A DNA stretch of 64,000 nucleotides from an uncultured Thermoplasmata archaeon (GCA_963773945.1 CAVZDD010000003.1:370060-434059), one strand, 5' to 3'; numbered from the stretch's first letter, positions 48,193 through 58,961 are shown. The notes: generated by a model not told the origin, from the sequence alone. Numbers and translations: made by a program.

Positions 48193-50202
48193 ATGACCGG
48201 ACCGCTCAACGCACTCTTTGGATGGGCATTCCTCGTTCCGCTTGCGCCGACGCTCGCCTTCGTGGTGGTGGGGCTCTTCGGCCGCCGGATGCAACGGCTC
48301 GAGTGGGGCGGCTGGGTGGCCGCCGGCGCGGCGTTTGTCGCGATGGTCCTCGGCGTCCTCATCGCCGTGGGCGAGATGCTGTCGCCGGGCACCTACTCGG
48401 ACCGAAGCTTTCAGTGGTTCACACTGGCCGGCAACGGCACGGGCGTGTTCCCGAACGGCTTCTCACTCGTGATGGGAACGCTGGTCGACCCGCTCTCGGC
48501 GATCATGCTGATCGTCGTGACGGTGGTGGGCTTTCTCGTGATGTTGTTCTCGATCGGCTACATGCACCGGGACTCGGGCCTCCCCCGGTACTACGCGGAA
48601 CTGTCACTCTTCCTCGCCTCGATGTTGGGCCTCGTCCTCGCGGACAATCTTCTTCAGTTCTTCTTGTTCTGGGAGCTCGTCGGCGTCTGCTCGTACTTCC
48701 TGATCGGATTCTACTACCAGCGACCCGCGGCGGCGAGCGCCGCCAAAGAGGCGTTCCTCGTCACCCGCATCGGGGACGTGCTGTTCCTGCTCGGGATTTT
48801 CATTTACTTTCAGCAATTCGCAACGGCCGGGCCCGCCCACGGATGGGCCGCAGCCGGCTTCCCGTTCGTCGTCCACAATGCCCCGTTCCTCGCGCTCGTC
48901 CCGGTGTCGAACCCGACCCTGTTCACCATCGCGGGATTGTTGATCCTCGGCGGAGCGGCGGGAAAGTCCGCCCAGTTCCCGCTGGACGTGTGGCTACCGG
49001 ACGCGATGGAGGGGCCCACGACCGTCAGCGCGCTGATCCACGCCGCCACGATGGTCGCGGCGGGAGTGTACCTCCTCGCCGTCACCTCCGTCTTCATCGG
49101 CTTCAGTTCGACGGACCAGTTTGCGATCGTCGCCATTGGCGGCTTCACCACGTTCTGGGCCGCATCGATGGCGATGGTGAATCGCGACATCAAGCGGGTC
49201 ATCGCCTACTCCACGGTCTCGCAGCTGGGCTACATGGTGCTCGCCGTCGGTGCCGGATTCACGATGGTGGGACTTTACCACCTGTTCACGCATGCATTCT
49301 TCAAAGCACTGCTGTTCCTCGCCGCCGGCGCCGTCATTCACGTCGTGGAGACCCAGGACCTGTTCAAGATGGGCGGGCTCCGCAAGACGATGCGGATCAC
49401 GTCGATCGGCTTCCTGATCGGCGGTCTCTCGCTCGCGGGCATCCCGCCCCTGGCCGGTTTCTTCAGCAAGGACGACGTGCTCGGGAGCGTCTTTTCGGCA
49501 GCCCAGACGCACCCATTGTACTGGCCGTTCCTGATCCTCGCCTACCTGACGGTGTTCATGACGGCCTACTACATTTTCCGGGTCTGGTTCCTCACCTTCT
49601 CGGGCGACGCCCCCCGCGACCCCTCGCTGCCCCACGGCCATGAGGCGCCGTGGACGATGACCGTCCCGATCGTGATCCTCTCCGCCCTGGCGGTCGTCGC
49701 GGGACTGCTCGCCTTCGTTCCCCAGTTCGGCGGGCTCTTCACCGCCGGCGTCGGATTCCCGGCGACCCCCGGCGTGCCGCCCACCTACACGACCACCGAC
49801 CTACTGCTGTCGGCCCTATCGGTCAGCCTCGGGGCCGGGGGGATCCTGACGGCCTACGTACTCTGGGGCAACGGCCGCGTGTTCACCCTCGCCGAAGACT
49901 CGGGCGCGCAGCCGGTCCGGAGACTTCTGCTCGAGCGCTATTACGTGAAGGCCGGCGTGGATTGGTTCGGACTCCGGGTCGTCTACGGCTTCTCTCGATT
50001 CCTGGACTTCGTGGACGAGTACATCATCGACGGAACGGTCCACGGGTTCGAGCGCCTGTTCTCGGAACTCTCGATCCGGATGCGGCGACTCCAGTCCGGC
50101 GTCGTGCTCGATTACGCCGCCTACGTGGTCGTCGGGCTCGTGATCTTCCTCGTGTTCCTCTACCTGATCGTCCCGGCATTCCCGGCACTCGGAGGGGGTT
50201 GA
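48193..50202 (+). CDS. nuoL: Complex I-like subunit L
   Basis: WELVGVCSY, KSAQFPLDVWLPDAMEGPTTVSALIHAATMV and THAFFKALLF. Confidence 0.96.
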   Translation: MTGPLNALFGWAFLVPLAPTLAFVVVGLFGRRMQRLEWGGWVAAGAAFVAMVLGVLIAVGEMLSPGTYSDRSFQWFTLAGNGTGVFPNGFSLVMGTLVDPLSAIMLIVVTVVGFLVMLFSIGYMHRDSGLPRYYAELSLFLASMLGLVLADNLLQFFLFWELVGVCSYFLIGFYYQRPAAASAAKEAFLVTRIGDVLFLLGIFIYFQQFATAGPAHGWAAAGFPFVVHNAPFLALVPVSNPTLFTIAGLLILGGAAGKSAQFPLDVWLPDAMEGPTTVSALIHAATMVAAGVYLLAVTSVFIGFSSTDQFAIVAIGGFTTFWAASMAMVNRDIKRVIAYSTVSQLGYMVLAVGAGFTMVGLYHLFTHAFFKALLFLAAGAVIHVVETQDLFKMGGLRKTMRITSIGFLIGGLSLAGIPPLAGFFSKDDVLGSVFSAAQTHPLYWPFLILAYLTVFMTAYYIFRVWFLTFSGDAPRDPSLPHGHEAPWTMTVPIVILSALAVVAGLLAFVPQFGGLFTAGVGFPATPGVPPTYTTTDLLLSALSVSLGAGGILTAYVLWGNGRVFTLAEDSGAQPVRRLLLERYYVKAGVDWFGLRVVYGFSRFLDFVDEYIIDGTVHGFERLFSELSIRMRRLQSGVVLDYAAYVVVGLVIFLVFLYLIVPAFPALGGG

Positions 50203-50205
50203 GCC

Positions 50206-51669
50206 ATGATCCCCATCCTGTCCCTGACCCTCGCGACGCTGTTCATCGGGACGGTAGTGACCTTCGCCGCCGGCACAAAGGCGCGGTACGTGGCCGCCGC
50301 GATTTCGGCCATCTTCCTCGCCGAGATCGCCCTCATGTTCCTCCAATTCTCCTGGCCAGCCGTCGCCGTGGCCCCGACCCACTTCGCGGAGTCGGAGACC
50401 TATCCCTGGATCTCGGTCGCCTGGCTCCACGTCAACTACACGGTCGGGATCGACGGCATCTCCCTCGTCCTGATCCTGCTCACCGGGATCCTCCAGGCGG
50501 TCACGGTCGCCTACTCCTGGAACGAGTCGAAGCAGCCCGGGGCCTGGTTCGGCCTGGTCCTGCTGACCTGCCTCGGCTGCTACGGCGTCTTCGTCGCGCT
50601 CGACGTCCTCCTGTTCTTCGTCTTCTGGGAGGTCGTGCTCGTCCCGATGTTCTTCCTCATCGGGTTCTGGGGAGGCCCCCGTCGGCGGTACGCGGCGCTC
50701 AAGTTCTTCATCTATACCCACGTCGCCTCGGTGACGATGCTGGTGGCCTTACTGGTCACCGCGTTCTACTCCCACAGCCCCTCGCTCGACTTCGCCAGCC
50801 TGGCGGGCTCGGCCCAGACGCTGGCCGTGCCGACCCAGATCGTTCTCTTCCTCTCCCTGTTCTTTGGGTTTGGCGTCAAGTTCCCAATCGTTCCGTTCCA
50901 CACGTGGTTGCCCGACGCCCACGTCGAAGCCCCGACGGGCGGCTCGGTGCTCCTCGCGGGCCTTCTCCTCAAACTGGGCGGCTACGGACTCATTCGTTGG
51001 GGACTCGAGATCCTGCCCACCGGCCTCGAGCACGTGGCGCCGATCCTCTACGCCGTCGCCTTCGCCTCCATCATCTGGGGCGCCGGGGTCTCCCTCGCGC
51101 AGCGGGACCTGAAGCGGCTGATCGCCTACTCGTCGATCAACCACATGGGGATCGTGCTCCTCGCGATCGCCCTGTACTCCTCGCTCGGTCTCTTGGCGGC
51201 GGTCCTCCTGATGTTCGCCCACGGGATCGTGAGCGCGCTCCTGTTCATGGTCTCGGGAAGTGTCCACCACACGTTCGGGAGCCGCGACCTGGCGTCGGTG
51301 AACGGCATCACGCCCACCGCCCCGACGCTCTCCACGATGACGATGGTGGGCGCGCTCGCGTCGTTGGGCCTGCCGGCGCTCATCAGCTTCCCGGCGGAGT
51401 TCACCGCCCTGCTGGCGACCTGGGACAAGCTCGGCTACTGGGTGCTGATCCCGCTGGGGGCCCTCGTCGTCACGGCCGCGTTCTACATCTGGATGATGCA
51501 GCGGCTGCTCTTCGGCCCACCGAAAGGCATTCCGGCGGGCGCCCACGACCTGCCGTACATGGAGGCGTTGGCGATGGGCGTGCTCGTCGCGCTCACGGTG
51601 CTCTACGGCATTCTGCCGAATCTGCTGATCCACTTCATCCAACTCTCACCGGTCGCGGGGTTGCCGTGA
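50206..51669 (+). CDS. nuoM: Complex I-like subunit M
   Basis: FFVFWE, VKFPIVPFHTWLPDAHVEAP, LLKLGGYG and AYSSINHMG. Confidence 0.96.
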   Translation: MIPILSLTLATLFIGTVVTFAAGTKARYVAAAISAIFLAEIALMFLQFSWPAVAVAPTHFAESETYPWISVAWLHVNYTVGIDGISLVLILLTGILQAVTVAYSWNESKQPGAWFGLVLLTCLGCYGVFVALDVLLFFVFWEVVLVPMFFLIGFWGGPRRRYAALKFFIYTHVASVTMLVALLVTAFYSHSPSLDFASLAGSAQTLAVPTQIVLFLSLFFGFGVKFPIVPFHTWLPDAHVEAPTGGSVLLAGLLLKLGGYGLIRWGLEILPTGLEHVAPILYAVAFASIIWGAGVSLAQRDLKRLIAYSSINHMGIVLLAIALYSSLGLLAAVLLMFAHGIVSALLFMVSGSVHHTFGSRDLASVNGITPTAPTLSTMTMVGALASLGLPALISFPAEFTALLATWDKLGYWVLIPLGALVVTAAFYIWMMQRLLFGPPKGIPAGAHDLPYMEALAMGVLVALTVLYGILPNLLIHFIQLSPVAGLP

Positions 51670-51682
51670 GCGGAGGCGCCCG

Positions 51683-53314
51683 ATGACCGTCCTGCCATGG
51701 ACGGTCTTCATTCCGGAGCTGTTCCTCCTCGGCGCCGCGCTCCTGATCTTTCTCCTCGACTCGGCCGGGATCCGGCGGCTCGAGCTGTTCGGCGGCCTCG
51801 CGACGGTCGGTGTTGTCATCGCACTCGTCGGCGTCCTCGCGGATCTCCGTTTCGCGCCCCTCGCCGGCCTCGCCACCGTTCCAACCAGCGCAGTCGACGC
51901 GCCCTGGGGCACCCTCGGAGGGTCGCTCGTCGCGGTGACGAGCTTTGGGCTGATCTTTCAAGCGATCTTCCTGACGTCGGCGTTGCTCGTCGCGCTGGCT
52001 TCGCTGTCGCACCCGTCCGACGAGAGGGGCGCGGCGATCTTCTTCGGACTCCTGCTGTTCGCCACGCTGGGGATGACCCTCGCTGCGTTGTCGGCGGACC
52101 TGATCTTCCTCCTCCTGTCCATCGAGATCACCGGCATCTCGACCTACTTGCTGGTCGGGTACACCCGACGCGACCCCCGTGGGCTGGAGGCGGCGATGAA
52201 GATGTACATCATCGGCGCGTTGTCGGCGGCGCTCTCCTTCTTCGGCGCCTCGCTGCTGTACGCCGTGTACGGCACGACGAGCCTGGCGCACCTCGGGACC
52301 GCGATGGTCTTCGTCGGCCTCCCCCCCCCGCTCTTCGGCGAGACATCGATCGCCCTGTTGGGCTACGGCTTCCTGATCGTCGGAATTGGGTTCAAGGTCA
52401 CGGCGGTTCCGTTCCACGCATGGGCCGTCGACGTGTACGACGGCGCCCCCTCGGAGGTCTCCGCGTTCCTGGCCGGGGGCTCCAAGAAGGTCGGCTTGTT
52501 CGCCTACTTCCTGGTCTTCCTCGTCCCGATCCTCTTTGGGACAACGTTCTCGACCCCGCCCGTCCCGTGCCCCTACGGGCTCTGTCACGCCTTCGTGCCG
52601 AACTTCGGCGTGTCCCTCCAGGTCATCTTCGGCGTCATGGCCGTGGTGACGATGACCGTAGGGAATGTCCTCGCGCTGCAGCAGACGGAGATGAAACGGA
52701 TGCTCGCCTACTCGAGCATCTCCCAGGCGGGGTACATGCTGATCGGCCTCGCCGTAGCCACCTCGCCCGGGATCGCCGGGGCTGTCCTCTTGATCTTCGC
52801 CCACATCTTCATGAAAGCCGGCGCGTTCCTGATCGTCGCCGCCATCGCCGGCTTCGGAGTGGGCAGCCGGATCGAGGACTGGAAGGGCGTGGGCCTGCGG
52901 CACCCGCTGCTCGGAGGTTCGTTTGCCGCCATGCTCCTGTCGCTCGCCGGGATCCCGCTCACCGTCGGCTTCGTTGCGAAGTTCGTCCTCTTCTCGGCCG
53001 CCGTGCAGGCCCAAGGATGGTTCGTGTGGCTCGCCGTGGCCGGACTCCTCAACAGCGCCTTGTCGGTGTTCTACTACGCCCGGGTGCTTCGCGTCATGTA
53101 TATGGAGCGGCCCGACGCGACGGACGTACCCCTCCCGGCCGGCGCCGTGGTCGGAGGGTCAGGCCCGCCCGCCCTCCCCTTAGGCGGACTCGGCTACGGT
53201 CGGGCGGTGGCGATCGGCCTCGCGACGGCAGCGATCTTCGCCTTCGGGGTCTATCCCCAGTCGGTGCTCGGGCCCATCCAGCTGGCCGCCAACCACCTCA
53301 TCCAGATTCTATAA
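51683..53314 (+). CDS. nuoN: Complex I-like subunit N
   Basis: EAAMKMY, FKVTAVPFHAW..DVYDGAP, KRMLAYSSISQAGY and SLAGIP..GF..K. Confidence 0.95.
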   Translation: MTVLPWTVFIPELFLLGAALLIFLLDSAGIRRLELFGGLATVGVVIALVGVLADLRFAPLAGLATVPTSAVDAPWGTLGGSLVAVTSFGLIFQAIFLTSALLVALASLSHPSDERGAAIFFGLLLFATLGMTLAALSADLIFLLLSIEITGISTYLLVGYTRRDPRGLEAAMKMYIIGALSAALSFFGASLLYAVYGTTSLAHLGTAMVFVGLPPPLFGETSIALLGYGFLIVGIGFKVTAVPFHAWAVDVYDGAPSEVSAFLAGGSKKVGLFAYFLVFLVPILFGTTFSTPPVPCPYGLCHAFVPNFGVSLQVIFGVMAVVTMTVGNVLALQQTEMKRMLAYSSISQAGYMLIGLAVATSPGIAGAVLLIFAHIFMKAGAFLIVAAIAGFGVGSRIEDWKGVGLRHPLLGGSFAAMLLSLAGIPLTVGFVAKFVLFSAAVQAQGWFVWLAVAGLLNSALSVFYYARVLRVMYMERPDATDVPLPAGAVVGGSGPPALPLGGLGYGRAVAIGLATAAIFAFGVYPQSVLGPIQLAANHLIQIL

Positions 53315-53335
53315 GCCCGGGTGAACTGGCTAGCC

Positions 53336-54440
53336 GTGGAGCGTTTCGACGTTGTCGTCGTGGGAAGTGGACCGGCGGGTTCCACCGCCGCCCGCTTTGC
53401 CGCCCGGGGAGGCGCGCGCACGCTCCTCGTCGACCAGCGCTCCGAGCTGGGCCACCCCGTTCAGTGCGGAGAGTTCCTGCCCAGTGCCCGGGAGCTCTCG
53501 GACCTGTTCCCCTGTCCGGAGGTCATCGCCGAGGCCTTCGTGGTCCCCCCCGAGACCGGTACTCCAAGAGACGCGGGAGATGGTCTGCATCTCTCCCGGG
53601 GGTCGTCGCTTCCGGTTCCCCCTCGAAGGCTACGTGATCTCCCGCCGGGCCTACGACAAACGGCTCGCCCTCGACGCGGAAGGGGAGGGAGCCGAGCTCC
53701 GGTTCCCCCGGGGAGTAACCCGGGTGCGCGACCGGCTCGTCGAGTTCGCCGGCGGGGAACAGGTCGACGCGACGGTGATCGTGGGCGCCGACGGCCCGCT
53801 GTCGACCGTGGGGCGCAGCGTCGGCTTCACGCCCCCGCGAGAAATGTTCCGCATGATCACCGCCACGGTCGCCGGGGAGGGATCCCCCGATATCGAGCTC
53901 TACTTCGGCCGACTCGCCCCTGGAGGCTACGCGTGGCGGTTCCCCCGCGCCCATGACGCGAATGTCGGATTGGGTGTCTCTCAACTGCCGAACGGGCACC
54001 GACTCGACGGACTCTTGGAGGAATTCGTGGGACGGGAATCCTGGGGGCCGGCCTCGGACCGGACCCGCTGGTGGGTGCCCCTGGGTCCCCCGCCCGAGAG
54101 CGCCGTCCGGGGCCGGGCGATCTTTGCCGGGGATGCGGCCAACCTCGTGATGGCGACGAATGGAGGCGGCATCCCGACGGCGGTGCTCTCAGGACGGGAC
54201 GCCGGAGTGGCGGCGGCCCGTCATGTACGGGAGGGCGTTCCGCTCTCGGAGTACGACCGGCTTTGGCGCGCCCATTTGGCCGGGCCGCTCGCGCGAGGGT
54301 ACCGTGTTAAGCGATTTGCGGACCGATTCATTCAGAGCGACCTCCTCGTCGCGGGAGGGATGAGATATATCGGGGGCGCGGGTCTCGACGCGATGATGCG
54401 GCTTCGATGGCCTCCGCGTCTGGGATGGCTGAGCTCGTGA
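53336..54440 (+). CDS. Geranylgeranyl/prenyl reductase family flavoprotein; one frameshift near 53557
   Basis: [12 protein letters not shown] and VQCGE in frame 1; [18 protein letters not shown] and GDAA......GGGI in frame 2. Confidence 0.85.
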
Positions 54441-55495
54441 CGAGCCCGGCCGACGCCAGCGTGGCCCACGAGGTTCCGCTCGAGGTCCTCGTCAGTCGGG
54501 CCTTTGGCGCGGAGGCGTTCTTCGAGCTCGGCGCCTTGCTCCCCGAACTCGCCGAGGACCTGAGCGGCATCGAGGAGCGGCTCAAGAGCGTCCTCCAGTC
54601 CGAGTATCCCCCCCTGACGGAAGCAGTGATCTACGCGTGCACCACCGGAGGCAAGCGGCTCCGGCCGCTGCTCATGGCCGCCGCGTTCCGGGCGTTGGGC
54701 GCCACCTCCACCAAGCCGGTGCACTCCCTCGCCGCCGCGTTCCAGCTGATCCACACCGCTTCGCTCATCCACGACGACGTGATCGACCACGCGGACCAGC
54801 GCCGCGGCCGGCCGTCCGTCCTTCGCGCCTTCGGTCTCCCCGCCGCGATCGTCGCCGGCGACTACCTCTACGTGCGGGCGTTCGAGCTCGCCTCGGAGTA
54901 TCCGCAGGCCATCATTCTCCGATGCGGAGAGGCCTGCGCGAACTTGGCCGAAGGCGAGATCCTCCAGGAGTCCGGTCGCTTCGACCTGACGATCAGCCGG
55001 GACGAGTACCTTCGGATCGTGACGCGCAAGACCGCCACCATTGTCTCGGCCGCGCTCGCGAGCGTGGGCGACATCGCCGGGTCGACGGCGCCGGTGGTCG
55101 AGGCGCTCGCCGCCTATGGACGGGCGGTGGGCATCGCGTTCCAGCTTCGCGACGACCTGCTCGATGCCTACGGGGAGCCCGATCTGCTTGGCAAGCCGCT
55201 CTACGCCGACTTCCGCGAGGGGAACCCCACCCTGCTGTCCATCGAGGCCTACCAGCACCTCGAGGGCAAGACGAAATTGGAGTACGAGCGACTGTTCGCC
55301 CGGCGCGAGAAGCGACCCCGTGAGCTCCTCAAGCTCCGCACCCTCACGGATCAAACCCCCGCGCCCGGGATCGTGGAAGCCGAGGGCCATCACTGGGCCG
55401 CCACGGCGATCCGCGCGCTCGACCCCGTGCCGATGGGGCCGTACCGCTCGCTGCTCGAGCGGCTGGCCCACGCCGCGACCACGCGCCGCTATTGA
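54437..55495 (+). CDS. trans-polyprenyl diphosphate synthase (probably medium/long chain)
   Basis: GGKRLRP, FARM ASLIHDDVID, RRG, KT and SARM FQLRDDLLD. Confidence 0.92.
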   Translation: MTSPADASVAHEVPLEVLVSRAFGAEAFFELGALLPELAEDLSGIEERLKSVLQSEYPPLTEAVIYACTTGGKRLRPLLMAAAFRALGATSTKPVHSLAAAFQLIHTASLIHDDVIDHADQRRGRPSVLRAFGLPAAIVAGDYLYVRAFELASEYPQAIILRCGEACANLAEGEILQESGRFDLTISRDEYLRIVTRKTATIVSAALASVGDIAGSTAPVVEALAAYGRAVGIAFQLRDDLLDAYGEPDLLGKPLYADFREGNPTLLSIEAYQHLEGKTKLEYERLFARREKRPRELLKLRTLTDQTPAPGIVEAEGHHWAATAIRALDPVPMGPYRSLLERLAHAATTRRY

Positions 55496-55568
55496 GCACA
55501 CCACTCGAACGAAACCTACTTGACAGGTTCACCGCCCTTTCGCCTTCGCACCGCGGTGCAGGGACCCG

Positions 55569-56042
55569 ATGGCACGTCAATTGGCGCGGCCCACCTCGGC
55601 CGCCGATTCCGACAACGACCCTTCGGGGTCGACCCGGGTCCAGCACCTGCCCCCGGTCTGGGAACGGCAACTCCCTCCGCCGAGCCTGCCGATCGGGGTG
55701 GCCATTCTCTCGATCATCACCGCCGCCGTCGGCGTGTTGCTGATCGTTTCCGGAATCCTCTTCGTGCTAACCTACTACGGCAGCCTCGTCATTCCGGCAT
55801 CGCTGGTCATCTTCCACGTCGGGGACCCGACCGGGGCGACGGTGCTCGTCGTCCTGGGGGTCGTGATCGCGCTGCTCTCCTCCGCCCTCTGGCACCAGGA
55901 ACTCTGGGCGTTCTACCTGATGGTCGGGTTCCTGTTCCTGGGCTTGGCCTATCTCTTCTTCACTGATTCGATCACGTACCTCTTCCTGATCGTCCTCGCG
56001 GTCTTCATCTACCTCATCGCGGTGCGCCACCACTTCTACTGA
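55569..56042 (+). CDS. Hypothetical four-TM membrane protein
   Basis: PIGVAILSII followed by four hydrophobic helices. Confidence 0.7.
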   Translation: MARQLARPTSAADSDNDPSGSTRVQHLPPVWERQLPPPSLPIGVAILSIITAAVGVLLIVSGILFVLTYYGSLVIPASLVIFHVGDPTGATVLVVLGVVIALLSSALWHQELWAFYLMVGFLFLGLAYLFFTDSITYLFLIVLAVFIYLIAVRHHFY

Positions 56043-57076
56043 TGCACGTACTGCTGGCGCAGCTGGCGCCTCGCCGGGGCGACCTGGCAACGAATCTGGG
56101 CCGGTTGACCGCCGTCGTCCAGGCGCACCCGGCCGACCTCTACGTCTTCCCAGAGCTGTTCCTTTTCGGATACGCCCCGGGGGACCGGGTCCACCGAATG
56201 GCCCTGGTCGCCGGAGACCCCTCGGTCGCGGCGATGGCCGCCCTCGCGATGGAACGCCACACCGGAATCCTCGTCGGAGGCCCCTGGAGGTCGGACGACC
56301 GACCGGGCGAAGTCCACAACGCCGCCCTCCTGTTGGCTCCGGATGGATCGGTCCAGGTTCAGGTCAAGCGGTACCTGCCGAACTTCGGCCCGTTCGAGGA
56401 AGCGACGATCTACACACCGACCGACACGAGCACTCCGCTGGCGTTGGGCCAGCACCGGTTGGGGGTTCAGATCTGCTATGATGCCTACTTCCCGGAGGTT
56501 TCCCGGGAACTGGCCCTTCGCGCCGCGGTGCTCCTGGTCGTTCTCTCCGCCGCTCCCGTCACGTCGAAGGGATTGTTCGAGAAGGTCCTTCCGGCGAGGG
56601 CGGTTGAGAACGCTTGTCCGCTTGTCTACGTCAACCGGGTCGGCGTGGAAGACGGGATTGTCTTTGGAGGCGGTTCTCGCGCGTGGGATTCGAGGGGAGA
56701 ACCCCTCCCCGCCGAATCCCTGGAACTGGCGGGGGGAACCCCAGAGGAGCGACTCGATTTGGTCGAGATCGACCTCGATGATGTGCCCCGATGGCGCCCC
56801 TTCCGGCCGGTGCTCCGGGACGTCGCGCGGGACCGCCAGAACGCCCCCGAGTACACCGCCGGGCACCTTTCACCATCGCGACTCCAACCGACCCGTTATA
56901 GCCCGGCAGGTACCGAAGCCCCGACCGATGGCACGGACCGCCACGCTCGCCGAGCAACTCGCGTCCAAGCAACGGGAGATATCGGTCGCGGAATTCTTCG
57001 AACGGAATCGCCAGATCCTCGGATTCGACAATACCCAACGGGCCCTGCTCACCGCGGTCAAGGAGTCGGTCGATAA
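56042..57076 (+). CDS. Carbon-nitrogen hydrolase (nitrilase superfamily)
   Basis: Catalytic triad motifs FPEL (E), KRYLP (K) and ICYD (C). The 3' end is uncertain and may be the TAG at 56899-56901. Confidence 0.88.
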   Translation: MHVLLAQLAPRRGDLATNLGRLTAVVQAHPADLYVFPELFLFGYAPGDRVHRMALVAGDPSVAAMAALAMERHTGILVGGPWRSDDRPGEVHNAALLLAPDGSVQVQVKRYLPNFGPFEEATIYTPTDTSTPLALGQHRLGVQICYDAYFPEVSRELALRAAVLLVVLSAAPVTSKGLFEKVLPARAVENACPLVYVNRVGVEDGIVFGGGSRAWDSRGEPLPAESLELAGGTPEERLDLVEIDLDDVPRWRPFRPVLRDVARDRQNAPEYTAGHLSPSRLQPTRYSPAGTEAPTDGTDRHARRATRVQATGDIGRGILRTESPDPRIRQYPTGPAHRGQGVGR

Positions 57077-58961
57077 CGCGCTCGATGCCGCCGAAGAGGC
57101 GGGGGTCCTGCCCGACGTATCGGTCGAGATCACGAAGGACGACTCCGGGCCAGACCGGTACCGGCTCGTCGTCATCGATAACGGACCCGGCATCCTGCGG
57201 CGGGAACTCCCGAACGTTTTCGGCCGCCTGCTCTACGGCTCTCGCTTCCACGCGCATCGCCAGTCCCGGGGCCAACAAGGCATCGGGATCTCGGCGGCCG
57301 TCCTCTACGCCGGACTGACGACGGCCCGACCCGTGAAAGTGACGTCCAAGGTCGAGGAGGAGGAGGCCGCCCACGTGCTCGAGATCATGGTCGACACTCA
57401 GCGAAACCTTCCCAAGGTCGTCAGCGAGGGCCTCGAGCTCTGGGACCGGCCCCACGGCACCCAGGTCGAGCTCGTCCTGAAGGCGAAGTACGTTCGCGGA
57501 CGGCAATCGCCCCTCGAGTATCTTCGAGGCACGGCGATCGTGAACCCCCACGCCCGGCTCCTACTCACCGAACCGGATGGCACTCGGATCACGTTCGAAC
57601 GGGCCTCCAACGAAGTTCCGCCCGTGTCCAAGGATGTTCTCCCTCATCCCTACGGTTTGGAGCTCGGCGAGCTCGCCGCGATCCTGAAGCAATCCAAGGA
57701 GAAGCGCCTCTCGGAAGCACTCCCCCGACGGCTGGCCGGCGTGACGCCGCGCGCGCTCAAAGAGATCCTTACCCAATCCGGCCTGTCGGGCAGGGAGGAC
57801 CCCACCACGATTCACGGAACCGAACTCGAGTCGCTGCTGACAGCGCTCCACTCGGTCACCCTTTTACCGCCCTCCGCGGAATCGCTGTCTCCGATCGGTT
57901 CGACCCTCATCAAACGCGGGCTCCGCAACGTCCTGGGCGAGCTCCGCCCCGACTTCTATGCTCCACCAGTCAGTCGCCCCCCCAAGATCCGCGGCGGCTC
58001 CCCCTTCCTCATCGAAGTGGGTCTCGTCTACGGCGGGTCGCTCCCCCCGGACCAGCCGATCCAGCTGCTTCGATTTGCGAACCGAGTGCCGCTCCTGTTC
58101 CAGCAGGGCGCCTGCGCCATCACCGCCGCCGTCGAATCCGTCGATTGGCGGCGCTACGGCCTCGACCAGCGCGGGGGCCAGGGACTCCCCGCCGGTCCGT
58201 GCATCCTGCTCGTCCACGTGGCGTCGACCCGCATCCCGTTCACGAGCGAGTCCAAGGAAGCCGTCGCCGAGGACCCGGAGATCCTCAAGGAACTCCAGCT
58301 GGCCCTCCAGGCCGTCGCCCGGCACCTCAAGTCCCATATCTCGCGGCAGATCCGCCGGGAATACGCGTCGGAGAAGTTCACCATCATCCGACGGATCCTA
58401 CCGCAGATCGCGGAGAAGTCGAGTCACCTCGTCGGAAAGCCGGTGCCCGACCTGACCCCGGTCATCACGGAAATCATGAACGTCGTCACGCTGGAGACCG
58501 CGACTCCGGAGAAGAGCGTCGGCGCCGGACTCACGGTCACGATCACTAACTATACGCCGCGGGCCCGCGTCCTCGAAGTCTTCGCGGAGATGCCCCCGGA
58601 GCTGGTGGGTGCCCTGCTCCCCACCCCCGCCGCCGACGGGGTCGACCCGGTTCTGGGCCGCGCGTGGTGGACTCTTCCCAAGCTCGCCCCGAACGCCCGC
58701 GCGGAACTTGCGCTCCGATGGCCGGCCGGCAGCGATTGCGAAGCGTCCGATTTTGACTGGTACATCGCGGGCGTGGACGAGTCCCATCTCCTGGGCGCGG
58801 ATGCCCTGCCCGGGGATTGGGACGTGCGACTGCCCCGCCAGGTCATCGAAGCGGCCGAGGCCGCGGAGGTCGCGGGTGTCGTCGCGCAGAACGTAACGGA
58901 AGAAGGGGAGGTGGACTACGATGGCGCCGAAAAAGCCGCCGAGCTCGAAGAAGACGACTGA
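56928..58961 (+). CDS. top6B: DNA topoisomerase VI subunit B
   Basis: [47 protein letters not shown] and PFTSESKEA. Confidence 0.96.
   Translation: MARTATLAEQLASKQREISVAEFFERNRQILGFDNTQRALLTAVKESVDNALDAAEEAGVLPDVSVEITKDDSGPDRYRLVVIDNGPGILRRELPNVFGRLLYGSRFHAHRQSRGQQGIGISAAVLYAGLTTARPVKVTSKVEEEEAAHVLEIMVDTQRNLPKVVSEGLELWDRPHGTQVELVLKAKYVRGRQSPLEYLRGTAIVNPHARLLLTEPDGTRITFERASNEVPPVSKDVLPHPYGLELGELAAILKQSKEKRLSEALPRRLAGVTPRALKEILTQSGLSGREDPTTIHGTELESLLTALHSVTLLPPSAESLSPIGSTLIKRGLRNVLGELRPDFYAPPVSRPPKIRGGSPFLIEVGLVYGGSLPPDQPIQLLRFANRVPLLFQQGACAITAAVESVDWRRYGLDQRGGQGLPAGPCILLVHVASTRIPFTSESKEAVAEDPEILKELQLALQAVARHLKSHISRQIRREYASEKFTIIRRILPQIAEKSSHLVGKPVPDLTPVITEIMNVVTLETATPEKSVGAGLTVTITNYTPRARVLEVFAEMPPELVGALLPTPAADGVDPVLGRAWWTLPKLAPNARAELALRWPAGSDCEASDFDWYIAGVDESHLLGADALPGDWDVRLPRQVIEAAEAAEVAGVVAQNVTEEGEVDYDGAEKAAELEEDD

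Noticed and set aside
55548..55559. Perfect palindrome GCACCGCGGTGC, and TCGCACCAA repeated near 36105 and 36126
   Set aside because: These are short, GC-rich matches that can arise by chance at this base composition, with no supporting context.
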